Source of the DNA: Octopus vulgaris
Lineage: Eukaryota
Reading direction: 5' to 3'
NCBI GenBank assembly: GCA_951406725.2
Contig: OX597831.1
Coordinates: 22,196,001-22,260,000, forward strand
DNA: 64,000 nucleotides
Numbering within the stretch: position 1 is the stretch's first letter; each line of letters begins with the position of its first letter. Below, one piece after another: positions 53,091-64,000 of the stretch. The translations under genes were made by a program, and so were the position numbers. The notes beneath the pieces are model-generated. The model made no database searches, was not told the origin of the DNA, and saw nothing but the letters and a program-made list of their open reading frames with translations.

Positions 53091-53602
53091 AATATTTGTC
53101 CGAATATTTTTTTATCATACCTAATGCACCTACTATGATAGGAATTGTTTCTGTTTTCAGGTTCCACATTCTAGTTACCTCTATTTCCAGGTCTTTGTAT
53201 TTTGAAAGTTTCTCCATTTCTTTTAGAGACACGTTGTCATCTGCTGGTATTGATACATCAATTAGAAAGCATTTTTATTCTTCATGATCTCTGACAGCTA
53301 TATCTGGTCTGTTGGCCTTAATTTCTCTATCTGTGTGTATTGGCATATCCCAGAGTATGGTTGCTTTCTCGTTTTCTGTGACCTTTTCTGGTGTGTGCCT
53401 ATACCATCTTTTTTCTGTTGTTATTCCATAATGTTGGCATAGCTTCCAGTGTATGTAGGTCCCAAATCTGTCGTGTCCGTGAATATATTCCTTCTTAGCC
53501 AGGACTGGGCAGCCAGAGATAATATGATTTATTGTTTCTTGTCCATCTCCACATATTCTGCAGTTACTTGTTATATTTCTTTTCATTACATGCTTTTGGT
53601 AA
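53090..53602 (-). mobile_element. R4/Dong-clade non-LTR retrotransposon fragment: CCHC finger and restriction-like endonuclease
   Basis: CRICGDGQETINHIISGC (CCHC), HD (R-to-G in RHD), WD, NRPDI..D..IDVSIP and KLSKYKDL..IPIIVGALG, across a frameshift near 53275. Confidence 0.88.
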
Positions 53603-54011
53603 TTATTATTATTATTATTATTATGATTGTAATTATTATCATCATCATCATTAGGGCAGCGAGCTGGACAATATACTTAGTGGCATTTGTCTACCTTTAC
53701 GTTCTGAGTTCAAATTCCACCGAGGTTGACTTTGCCTTTCATACTTTCGGGGGGTCTATGAAATAAGCACCAGTTGAATACTGGGGTCGATGTAATCGAC
53801 TAGGACCCCCGCACTCAAATTTCAAGCCTTGTGTCTATATTAGAAAGGATTATTATTATTATTAGTTTGATTCGGCTCAATGTTTTTAGTTAATAATACA
53901 TAAAATACATGTAACTCCTGCTAAACGTGTTGGGTACCTTTTACTTTCATTTGTCCCCCTCACTCAGATCTATCCGTCTGTCTGTCTGCCTACTTGTCTG
54001 TCTGTCTATAC

Positions 54012-54253
54012 CAGTGATTCCCCAAAATTTCTTGGGCTGCCGTCACCTTGACACCTAATGCTCTCACCCCAACTAACCATCAAAAACATAAACCCCTTTC
54101 TGAAGCAAATTCAAAGCAATTGTAATTCACAAATAAAATTTAACCTAATGAACCCATTATTTTAATAGCCCCACTTTTCTTCAATGCCCCCTTGGAACTT
54201 TCCACCCCACCCCACCCGCTAAAGGAGCGATGCTCCCATATTGGGAACCACTG
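54012..54253. mobile_element. hAT-type MITE with 8-bp TSD
   Basis: TIRs CAGTGATTCCC / GGGAACCACTG. TSD GTCTATAC at 54004-54011 and 54254-54261. Confidence 0.85.
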
Positions 54254-54299
54254 GTCTATACACACACACACACACATATAGAGATAGATAGATTTATAT

Positions 54300-54706
54300 A
54301 CTCTTACTCTTTTACTCTTTTACTTGTTTCAGTCATTTGACTGTGGCCATGCTGGAGCACCGCCTTTAGTCGAGCAAATCGACCCCGGGACTTATTCTTT
54401 ATAAGCCCAGTACTTATTCTATAGGTCTCTTTTGCCGAACCGCTAAGTAACGGGGACGTAAACACACCAGCATCGGTTGTCAAGCAATGCTAGGGGGACA
54501 AATACAAGCACACAAACACATACATATATAAATATATATACATATATACGACAGGCTTCTTTCAGTTTCCGTCTACCAAATCCACTCACAAGGCATTGGT
54601 CGGCCCGGGGCTATAGCAGAAGACACTTGCCCAAGATGCCACGCAGTGGGACTGAACCCGGAACCATGTGGTTGGTTAGCAAGCTACTTACCACACAGCC
54701 ACTCCA
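54300..54706 (-). mobile_element. SINE family C
   Basis: Near-full-length consensus. Confidence 0.9.
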
Positions 54707-54993
54707 TATATATATATATGTGCGTGCGCTTGTTTGTAAATAGGTATGATCTGATGCTGACCATATAACGACGAAAATTTCAACAGCCACCTACGCCATC
54801 TACATATTACAGGTGACATTTGCAAACAAGAGACTGGAATAGATAAATATACATTAAATATATAGTGGCCTATTTCATATACATATAGAATTCACAGTTA
54901 CTTCGCTTGCAATATTATTCGACAGATATTCACATTAATAATGTACAGCAATACCTACAAACGGCACATTTCAAAACAGCTATTCATAATGGT

Positions 54994-55259
54994 GTGGAGG
55001 CGTGTGGATCAGTGGTTAAGATGTCAGCATCATGATGGTAAGATTGTGGTTTCGATTCCTGGACTGGGCGACGCGTTGTGTTTTTGAGCAAAACACTTCA
55101 TTTCACGTTGCTCCAGTCCACTCAGCAGACAAAAATGAGTAACGCTGCGATGGACTGGCGTCCCGTCCAGCTGGGGAACACATACGCCATTGAAACCAGG
55201 AAACCGGGCCCATGAGCCTGGTTAGGCTTTAAAAGGGCGCATTTATTTTTATTTATTTT
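54994..55259 (+). mobile_element. tRNA-derived SINE with F-type core and tail type iii
   Basis: tRNA-like head, then TTGAGCAAAACACTT..CAGTCCACTCAGC core, then tail iii. Flanked by a 117-bp direct repeat. Confidence 0.75.
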
Positions 55260-55451
55260 ATATACATATAGAATTCACTGTTACTTCGCTTGCAATATTA
55301 TTCGACAGATATTCACATTAATAATGAACAGCAATGCCTACAAATGGCACATTTCAAAACAGCTATTCATAATGGTAAATAATGCTTCTTTTCCTTGTCT
55401 TACAATGTAGTAGTAACAACAATAAATATAGTGATTTTTTTTCTGCTAAAT

Positions 55452-55789
55452 GTTGAGACCTCCTTCGGTCATGACTGACCGTAGGATTGCACCTAGAAAG
55501 TTACCCTCCCAAGAACAAGTCCGGGCAAGATTGTTTATGGAAGACCAGCAGTTACCCACGCATACCGGCCTCCTTTCTCCATGCCACTCGTGTTATCCAA
55601 CGGAAAGGCAAAGGCCGATGCAGCTTGGCATCTGTGACGTCGCAACTCATTTCTACAGCTGAGTGAACTGGAGCAACGTGAAATAAAGTGTCTTGCTCAA
55701 GAACACAACACGCAGCCCAGTCAGGGATTCGAACTCACAACCTCACGATCGTAAACTCGACGCTCTAACCACTGAGCAATGCGCCTTCA
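55452..55789 (-). mobile_element. SINE family F with TSD TGCTAAA
   Basis: tRNA-like head on the minus strand (GCTCAGTGGTTAGAGCG..GAGTTCGAATCCC). TGCTAAA on both sides. Confidence 0.8.
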
Positions 55790-57830
55790 CTGCTAAAAGT
55801 ACATGGCCTGAAATTTAGGGAGAAGGGGCACGTGTCGTGTACTTTGATCCCAGAGCGCGAATGGAATTGAATTTATCGACCCCACGAAGGATGAATGGTA
55901 AAGTCGATTTCGGTAGTATTAAAACCGGAAGAAATGCCGCTAAGCATTTTGTCCGGCGCGCTAACAATTCTACCAACCCGTTGCTTTAATAATAATAATC
56001 CTTTCTACTGTAGGTACAAGGCCTGAAATTTGGGGAGAGGGGACTAATCGATTACATTGACTTCATTGTTTCACTGGTACTTAATTTATTGACCCCGAAA
56101 GGATAAAAGGCGGAGTCGACCTCGGAGGGATTTGAAATCAGAACGTAAGGACGAACGAAAGGTCGTTAAGAATTTCGCCCGGCGTGCTAACAATTCTGCC
56201 AGCCCACCGCCAATAATAATAATAATGATAATAATCTTTTCTACTCTAGGATCGAAATATTTGGGGAGGGGGCCAGTCAATTAGATCGATCCCAGTACGC
56301 AACTGGTACTTAAGTTGTCGACCCCGAAAGGATGAAAAGTAAAGTCGACCTCGGCGGAATTTGAACTCAGAACGTAAAGACAGACGAGATACCGCTAAGC
56401 GTTTCGCCCGACGTGCTAACGTTTCTGCCAGCTCGCCGCCTTCCGATTCTAACGATTCTGCCAGAATAATAATACATTCCGTTTGAGTATTACATCACTT
56501 CCGCTATTTTTTCAACGCATACGCAGAAAAAAAACTGATACCGAAAAATTTATGGTAATCACGATCAAATCTGGGGTATTGTTGCTATTGTTATTAATAG
56601 AGTGATGGTAAAATGGTTTGTAGCATTCATTGCAGTTCTTTATGCTCAGAGATCGAATCCCATGGAGGTCAACTTTGCCTTTAATCTCCTTGGAGTTGAC
56701 AAAATAAAGCACCAATCAAGTACTGGGTAGAATTTAATCAACAAACCCACTTTCTCTTTCAAGTCCTGTGCCTGTATTTGAAACAGCTGTTAAAGAGTGA
56801 ACAATTGATAGAATTGTTAAAGACTAAAAAACAAAAAGATTCACCGTAATTATAGAGCATCTCTTTACGTTTTGAGTTCAAATACCACCGAGGTCAGCTT
56901 GGCTTTTCATCCTTTGAGGTTAATAAAATAAAGTATCAAACAAGTATCGGGGTCGATATAATTGACTTACCTCAAATCTTAAATTGGCATTGAATTAAAA
57001 ATAACAATTGTTATTATTATTTGTTGTAGTATAAGCATTGGTAGTGTTAATTTAATTATTAAGCGGTGAAAGCGGCGAGCTAGCAGAAACGTTAGCACGC
57101 CGGGCAAAATGTTTAGCGGTATTTCGTCTGCCGCTACGTTCTAAGTTCAAATTCCGCTGAGATCGACTTTGCCCTTCATCCTTTCGGGGTCGATTAAATA
57201 AGTACCAGTTGCACACTGGGGTTGATACAATCTATTTAATCCGTTTGTCTGTCCTTGTTTGTCCTCTCTGTGTTTAGCCCCTTGTGGGTAGTAAAGAAAT
57301 AGGTATTTCGTCTGCCGCTACGTTCTGAGTTCAAATTCCACCGAGAGCGACTTTGCCTTTTATCCTTTCGGGATCGATAATTAAGTACCAGTTACGCACT
57401 GGAGTCGATGTAATCGACTTAATCCGTTTGTCTGTCCTTGTTTGTCCTCTCTGGGTTTAGCCCAAGTGGGTAGTAAAGAAATAGGTATTTCGTCTGTCTT
57501 TATGTTCTGAGTTCAAATTCCACCGAGGTCGACTTTGCCTTTCATTCTTTCGGGGTCGACAAATTAAGCACCAGTTGCGAAAAGGAGTCGATCTAATCAA
57601 CTGGCCCCTCCCCAAAAATTTATTGTGCCTAGAGTAGTAAAGATTTACTAAAGCGGTAAGTAGAATCGCTGGCGTAGCGAACAAAATGCTTAATGGTATT
57701 TCTTCCGACTCATTACGTTCTGAGTTCTAACTCCACAGAAGTCAACTTCACCTTTTATCCTTTGGAGTCGATAAAATAAGTACCAGCCTTCCCACCCAAA
57801 ATTTCAAGCCTTGTGCTAAAATTCGAAACC
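55790..57830. mobile_element. SINE-B cluster: - copies at 55790-56470, + copies at 56600-57830 including a trimer at 57070-57620
   Basis: Repeated B modules; tandem junctions AAAGAAATA-GGTATTTCGTCTG at about 57300 and 57482. Confidence 0.85.
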
Positions 57831-58342
57831 ATTATTTCTTGAATCAGTCTAAGAATACAGTATCCGATATTCTTTGATAATTTTCCATTCATTTTCTTTA
57901 AATACTTAAATTCTTCTCTGAGGACAATCAACAAAAATTTGATTTCTCCAAACAACAATTTTCAATTTCTATAGTAATTCTTTTCATATTTAATTTAAAA
58001 ATTCCATCACTATAACAAATAAAAAGATATTTATTTACAATTTCATAAAATACTTTCCTTATCTTTCAGAAGATACAATCACCAATAATTACTTCGTTAG
58101 ATTTCTATGAAATTCTTAGAATATTTCAGGCTGTCTGGCTGCGAAGTTTACTTTCCGATAACGTGATTTTGGATTCAGTGTCACTGCGCGGTTCCTGGGG
58201 TAAGTTTTGTTTACTATAATTCCTGGGCCACCAATGCCTGGTCAGTGAATTTGCCAGACGAAAACTGTGAGGAAACCTGTTACTTTCGCACATTTCTTGC
58301 CTTAATTCTGTTCTATAGTTCAAAGTCTTCATTGTATGTAAA

Positions 58343-58773
58343 TAGGCGCAGGAGTGGCTGTGTGGTAAGTAGCTTGCTAACCAACCACATGGTTCCGGGT
58401 TCAGTCCCACTGCGTGGCATCTTGGGCAAGTGTCTTCTGCTATAGCCCCGGGTCAACCAATGCCTTGTGAGTGGATTTGGTAGACGGAAACTGAAAGAAG
58501 CCTGTCGTATATATGTATATATATGTATATGTGTGTATGTGTGTGTGTTTGTATGTGTGTGTTTGTCCCCCTAGCATTGCTTTACAACCGATGCTGGTGT
58601 GTTTACGTCCCCGTTACTTAGCGGTTCGGCAAAAGAGACCGATAGAATAAGTACTGGGCTTACAAAGAATAAGTTCCGGGGTTGATTTGCTCGACTAAAG
58701 GCGGTGCTCCAGCATGGCCGCAGTCAATTGACTGAAACAAGTAAAAGAGTAAAAAAAGAGAGAGAGAGAGAGT
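58343..58773 (+). mobile_element. SINE family C
   Basis: Full-length consensus. Confidence 0.9.
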
Positions 58774-60040
58774 ACCTGTGTTGTTTACTCTCTGTTTTCC
58801 GTAACTGTCTTTGCTTGTTCGTTTTATAAACATCCGCATTCTCCCCGTAACTCATCCTTTTTGCTGTTCGTGATACAGACCCTGTCTTTTTGTACTTGCC
58901 TTATTCTGTCCTTCTTGTTCGCCCATTTATACACCTGCTGCAATTTGCTGTTAACGCCACTGTACTGAACAATATTATTGATAAGGTGTCGAAACGGTAA
59001 TGAGTTTTGGTCGATAGCGGAGAGGAGATCAGCGTGTCCGCTTCCTTTGTGTTATTTTCCCCCCGTTTTCCGTATAATGTTCTTTCGTCGTTTTTCTGTG
59101 CCATATTCACGTAAACGGGCGTTGCAAACAGAGTTGCTGCTACAGAAACAAATGCAACAAATTAATCAAAGATGTATTAAAGGATTTCGTTGTCTTTTTA
59201 TCATTTGGATAAATATTTAATATTCGCCACAGCTACACAACAGTTTTACAGTCGTGAAACCAGGATTTTCCCCTCGCACCGTTTGACAATCGCTGTTACT
59301 CTGTAGAAATACCCGTAACTTTGCCGTTCGGCAAAAAGATACCAACTGAATAAGAACCAAAGTTAAAAAGACACAAATGTAGACTCAGGTCGCGATTTGA
59401 TCGGCTAAACATTTCAAGGAGGTGCCCCAGCATGGTCGGTGCCCAATTACTGAAACAACTAGTAAAAAGTAAAAAAATAAAGAAGAAGAATAACTTTTTT
59501 TTTCTAAGATGTTCTCTTTCACCCCAGGGTCTCAATGATTTGGAACGGAATCATTAAAAAGAAAAGTAGTTTGACTGAAGACACGGCTAATGACGAGTGC
59601 TTAATAAAACTATTACGTTATAAGAAAGAAATATTGATTGAATTTAATCGATAGATATCGATCGAAAAGTGAAATGTTAATGAAGAAGGAAGCGGAACGA
59701 GAAAAGCCATGGCAACGGCGACAGTATATTTGATACTGTAATGAGGGCGGCGGTGGAGATCATGACGAGATGTGGTAGTGATGGAGGTGGTGGTGGTGGT
59801 GGTAGATGTAATGATGATGGTACTGATGGTGATGGTAGTGGCGGCGGTGCTATGTATCGATGAACGAATAAAGATAGAAGGAATAAACAAGGCTGAGTGG
59901 TAAGAAGCTTGCTTCCCAACCACATAGTTCCGGGTTCAGTCCCACTGTGTGGTACCTTGGGAAAGTGCTTTCTACTATAGCCTCGGGCCGACCAAAGCTT
60001 TGTGAGTGGATTTGGTAGGCGGAAACTGAAAGAAGCCCAG

Positions 60041-60086
<46 letters not shown>

Positions 60087-60241
60087 TATATTTCATTTCA
60101 CGTTGCTCCAGTCCACTCAGCCGGCAGAAATGAGTAATCCTGCGACGGACCGGCGTCCCGTCCAGGTGGGGAATTTCTACGTCACTGAAACCAGGAAACC
60201 AGCCCTTATGAGCCTAGCATAGCTTGAGAAGGAACTTTTAT

Positions 60242-60550
60242 GGAGGCGCAATGGCCCAGTGGTTAGGGTAGCGAACTCGCGGTTGTAGGATCGCGGTTTC
60301 AATTCCCTGACCGGGCATTGTGAGTGTTTATTGAGCGAAAACACCTAAAGCTCCACGAGGCTCCGGCAGGGATGGTGGTGATCCCTGCTGTACTCTTTCA
60401 CCACAACTTTCTCTCACTCTTTCTTCTGTTGGCCTGCTCGCTTAGCCAGCGGGGTGGCGTCATTTGAAGGCTAAAACAATGCAAAGCGCATTGTGACTAG
60501 CGATGTGTAGCAACATCTGATAGCCTGGTCGGTCACGGTGATCACGGTGA
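60242..60550 (+). mobile_element. SINE family A, tail type ii
   Basis: A head plus tail ending TCGGTCACGGTGATCACGGTGA. Confidence 0.85.
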
Positions 60551-60633
60551 TGTGTGAATTTCAGAGGAGAATATTTTGAATAAAATCTTAATTAACTGAC
60601 CCTCCTGTATTTTCTTTAAGCCAAAACCAGGAA

Positions 60634-61375
<742 letters not shown>

Positions 61376-61409
61376 AAAATATTCATTTTATATAGTCTTC
61401 AGAGAGTCT

Positions 61410-61431
<22 letters not shown>

Positions 61432-61447
<16 letters not shown>

Positions 61448-61822
61448 TTGTTTCAGTCATTTGACTGCGGCCATGCTGGAGCACCGCCTTTAATCGAGCA
61501 ACTCGATCCCGGGACTTATTCTTTCTAAGCCCAGTACTTATTCTATCGATCTCTTTTGCCGAACCGCTGAGTGACGGGGACATAAACACACCACCATCGG
61601 TTGTCAAGCAATGCTAGCGGGACAAACACAAACATACACGCAGACACACATATATACATATATATATACGACGGGCTTCTTTCAGTTTCCGTCTACCAAA
61701 TCCACTCACAAGGCTTTGGTCAGCCCGAGGCTATAGTAGAAGACACTTGCCCAAGGTGCCACGCAGTGGGACTGAACCCGGAACCATGTGGTTGGTAAAC
61801 AAGTTACTTACCACACAGCCGG
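61432..61822 (-). mobile_element. SINE family C
   Basis: Reverse-complement consensus. Confidence 0.88.
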
Positions 61823-62572
61823 AGAGTCTATATATCTAATAAATATATTTTGAAATTTCATTTCCACTTTACGTTAGTCGGCCCCCAAAAAGATCTGTTT
61901 AAGGTGCCGTTCAGGCGAATCGATCACGGAACAATTTCATTTTCAAGCGAATTTGCCTATCATACAGCTAAGCGCATGTTTGCACTCGCGTACCTAATTC
62001 TGTAATAAAAAAATATAAAATTAACAAAAAATGAATATCAAAAACAAACTATAATCAAAGAAATAGAAGTCAATGAAAGTTACTATAAAATAAATAAAAG
62101 GTATAAAATAGTTCAGTTGAGCATCGATTAATCGAATTCCAATCAGACAATACCTGAAGAAGAGAAATTTGAAAAACAACAATAATAATTATCACTATGA
62201 TGATGAGGAGGAGGATGGCGACGATGATGATGATGATGAAAATAATATCTCTGGTGTGACATCAGCAATTCTGTGGTTGAATAATAAATGACGTAGCGAT
62301 ATTTGCGATCAACGTTGAAAGAAAATGTGCTTCGTTCGAAAAAAAAAAACCCCAAAAAATCAAAAACAACCAAACAAACAGCAACTCAAAAGCAAATACA
62401 AAAAAACAAACAAACAATACACTCGTAGTTATTCGCATTTCTGAAACTGTAGGAGTCAGTATTCCGATAGTATGTATGTATGTGTGTGTGTGTGTGTGTG
62501 GTGGGTGGGTGAGAAAGAGAGCTAGAGAGAGGGGGAGATAGAGAGGAGAGTGTGTGCGCGCACACGTATGTG

Positions 62573-62609
<37 letters not shown>

Positions 62610-63149
62610 TTGTGTGTATATATATATAAACACGGCGTCTTTTAAATATCTTTTTTAATATATGTATATAAAATATATATTTTAATATTTATATAAATAT
62701 ATATATATGTACATGCACAGATTCAAACATATATACATGATATACATACATACATACACACACAGATATAGAAAAAAAATTATACATCAATCCGTGTATC
62801 CACCCATACATACATCCATTTAATCATCCGTCCATCCTTACATACATACGTAATGCATATATACATGCATACATAAATTCATGCATATGTATATACACAC
62901 ACGTAGCTAATCGTGAGTCTACATTATATAGATCTATATTCAAGACAGCAGGGTGTTGCGTAATTTTCGAATTGTGTTTGTTGTGTTGCTGTGAACATGC
63001 GCGAGTGTGTGTCTTTGTTTCTTTGTTGTAACTTTTTCTCTACTTAGTTTCTATTCTTCGTTTGACTTGAATTTCTTAACACACACACACACATAGATAT
63101 GATATATATATTTAAATATATACATATACATACATACCTACATACACAC

Positions 63150-63348
63150 AGAACGCCATGATATCGTTTGCTCTTACACGTATTTTTTTCTCTCCTTGTT
63201 TCTCTCCTTGTTTTTTTTCTGTGTATCTTTCTGTCGAAGAGCGTAGGCTCGAAACGTAAAAGACTTTTTCTATTCCTGAGCGCTATACTAATAGCGTTTG
63301 TTTGTACTCCACCTGCCTTCGTCTTTTGTTTATTTTCGTAAACTTTCC

Positions 63349-63352
<4 letters not shown>
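63150..63352 (+). mobile_element. Family D short element (Penelope-like/retrozyme-like) with variant hammerhead at 63226-63263
   Basis: TCTTT-CTGTCGA-A-GAGC-GTAG-GCTC-GAAA-CG-TA-AAAGA. The 3' end abuts (TA)n. Homologous copies lie at 11832, 27045 and 43835. Confidence 0.6.
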
Positions 63353-63426
<74 letters not shown>

Positions 63427-63431
63427 GAATA

Positions 63432-63750
63432 CAGTGTACATTTAAACACATAAGAGGAATCCGTCATAGATTCCTTTCACGCTAGAAGGAACAGCTAAAG
63501 TAAAAACAACTATTAGAGATAAAACCTCGAAGGGAATGAAAAATAAAAACATTTACCATCTATTTCCTGGAGCATGGTTTCTGACTTTGTTTAGAAAAAA
63601 TAATTTACTAGGAAATAGATGGTAAATGTTTTATTATTCATTCCCTTCGAGTATTTTTTTATCTCTAATAGTGATGTGGACTTTAGCTGTTCCTATTAGC
63701 GTGAACGGAATCGTATGAAGGATATCTCTTATTCATTTAAACGTACACTG
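63432..63750. repeat. Long fold-back element (about 140-bp imperfect arms), TA-flanked; MITE-like
   Basis: TA|CAGTGTAC..GTACACTG|TA. Internal arms such as ACATTTACCATCTATTTCCT / AGGAAATAGATGGTAAATGT. Confidence 0.75.
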
Positions 63751-63822
63751 TATTGACTAACTTTTGTACACGCTAGGCCACAGGTAGTAAACATTTCTAA
63801 AATCTTTATTACCCTGATATTA

Positions 63823-63863
<41 letters not shown>

Positions 63864-64000
63864 TCTGCATTAAGATCTGCAAACAAATCTAAGTGTCGAA
63901 TCCCTAGAAATAGAAAATCTCTCATAAGGAAAATTAAAAGAATCAACATGCTGAAATACTGTCAACAGCAACACACCAACCTGACTGCCATCTCGTCGCT

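Noticed and set aside
58975-59005. TTGATAAGGTGTCGAAACGGTAAT as a possible decayed hammerhead
   Set aside because: The core has two or more mismatches and there is no convincing stem II.

Overview
Repeat-dominated, AT-rich animal genomic DNA. From recalled SINE families and the microsatellite load it is most consistent with an octopus; this was not verified by search. Only two host genes are well supported: the last two coding exons of a drebrin-like/Abp1 (DBNL) gene with its C-terminal SH3 domain (+, 1008-1124 and 2144-2280), and one intact tRNA-Lys(CTT) (+, 29512-29584). The rest is at least five SINE-like families (here called A, B, C, E and F), fragments of R4/Dong, Tx1/L1 and CR1-type LINEs, non-autonomous Helitrons, Tc1/mariner and hAT relics and MITEs, and extensive microsatellites. 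Almost all long ORFs in the track are microsatellite or SINE artefacts. Four signals stand out. (1) At least eight minimal type I hammerhead-ribozyme motifs from several unrelated Penelope-like/retrozyme-like families sit next to microsatellite tracts, mostly (TA)n. Two have an intact canonical core, one family has a fixed variant core, and one motif is fused to a tRNA-derived Pol III head. (2) Several composites carry non-SINE DNA, including the tRNA gene, inside or between SINE-B copies; two are bounded by target-site duplications. (3) There are several locally templated patchwork duplications. (4) CpG decay falls off around 12-13 kb, which suggests a gene-body methylation domain.
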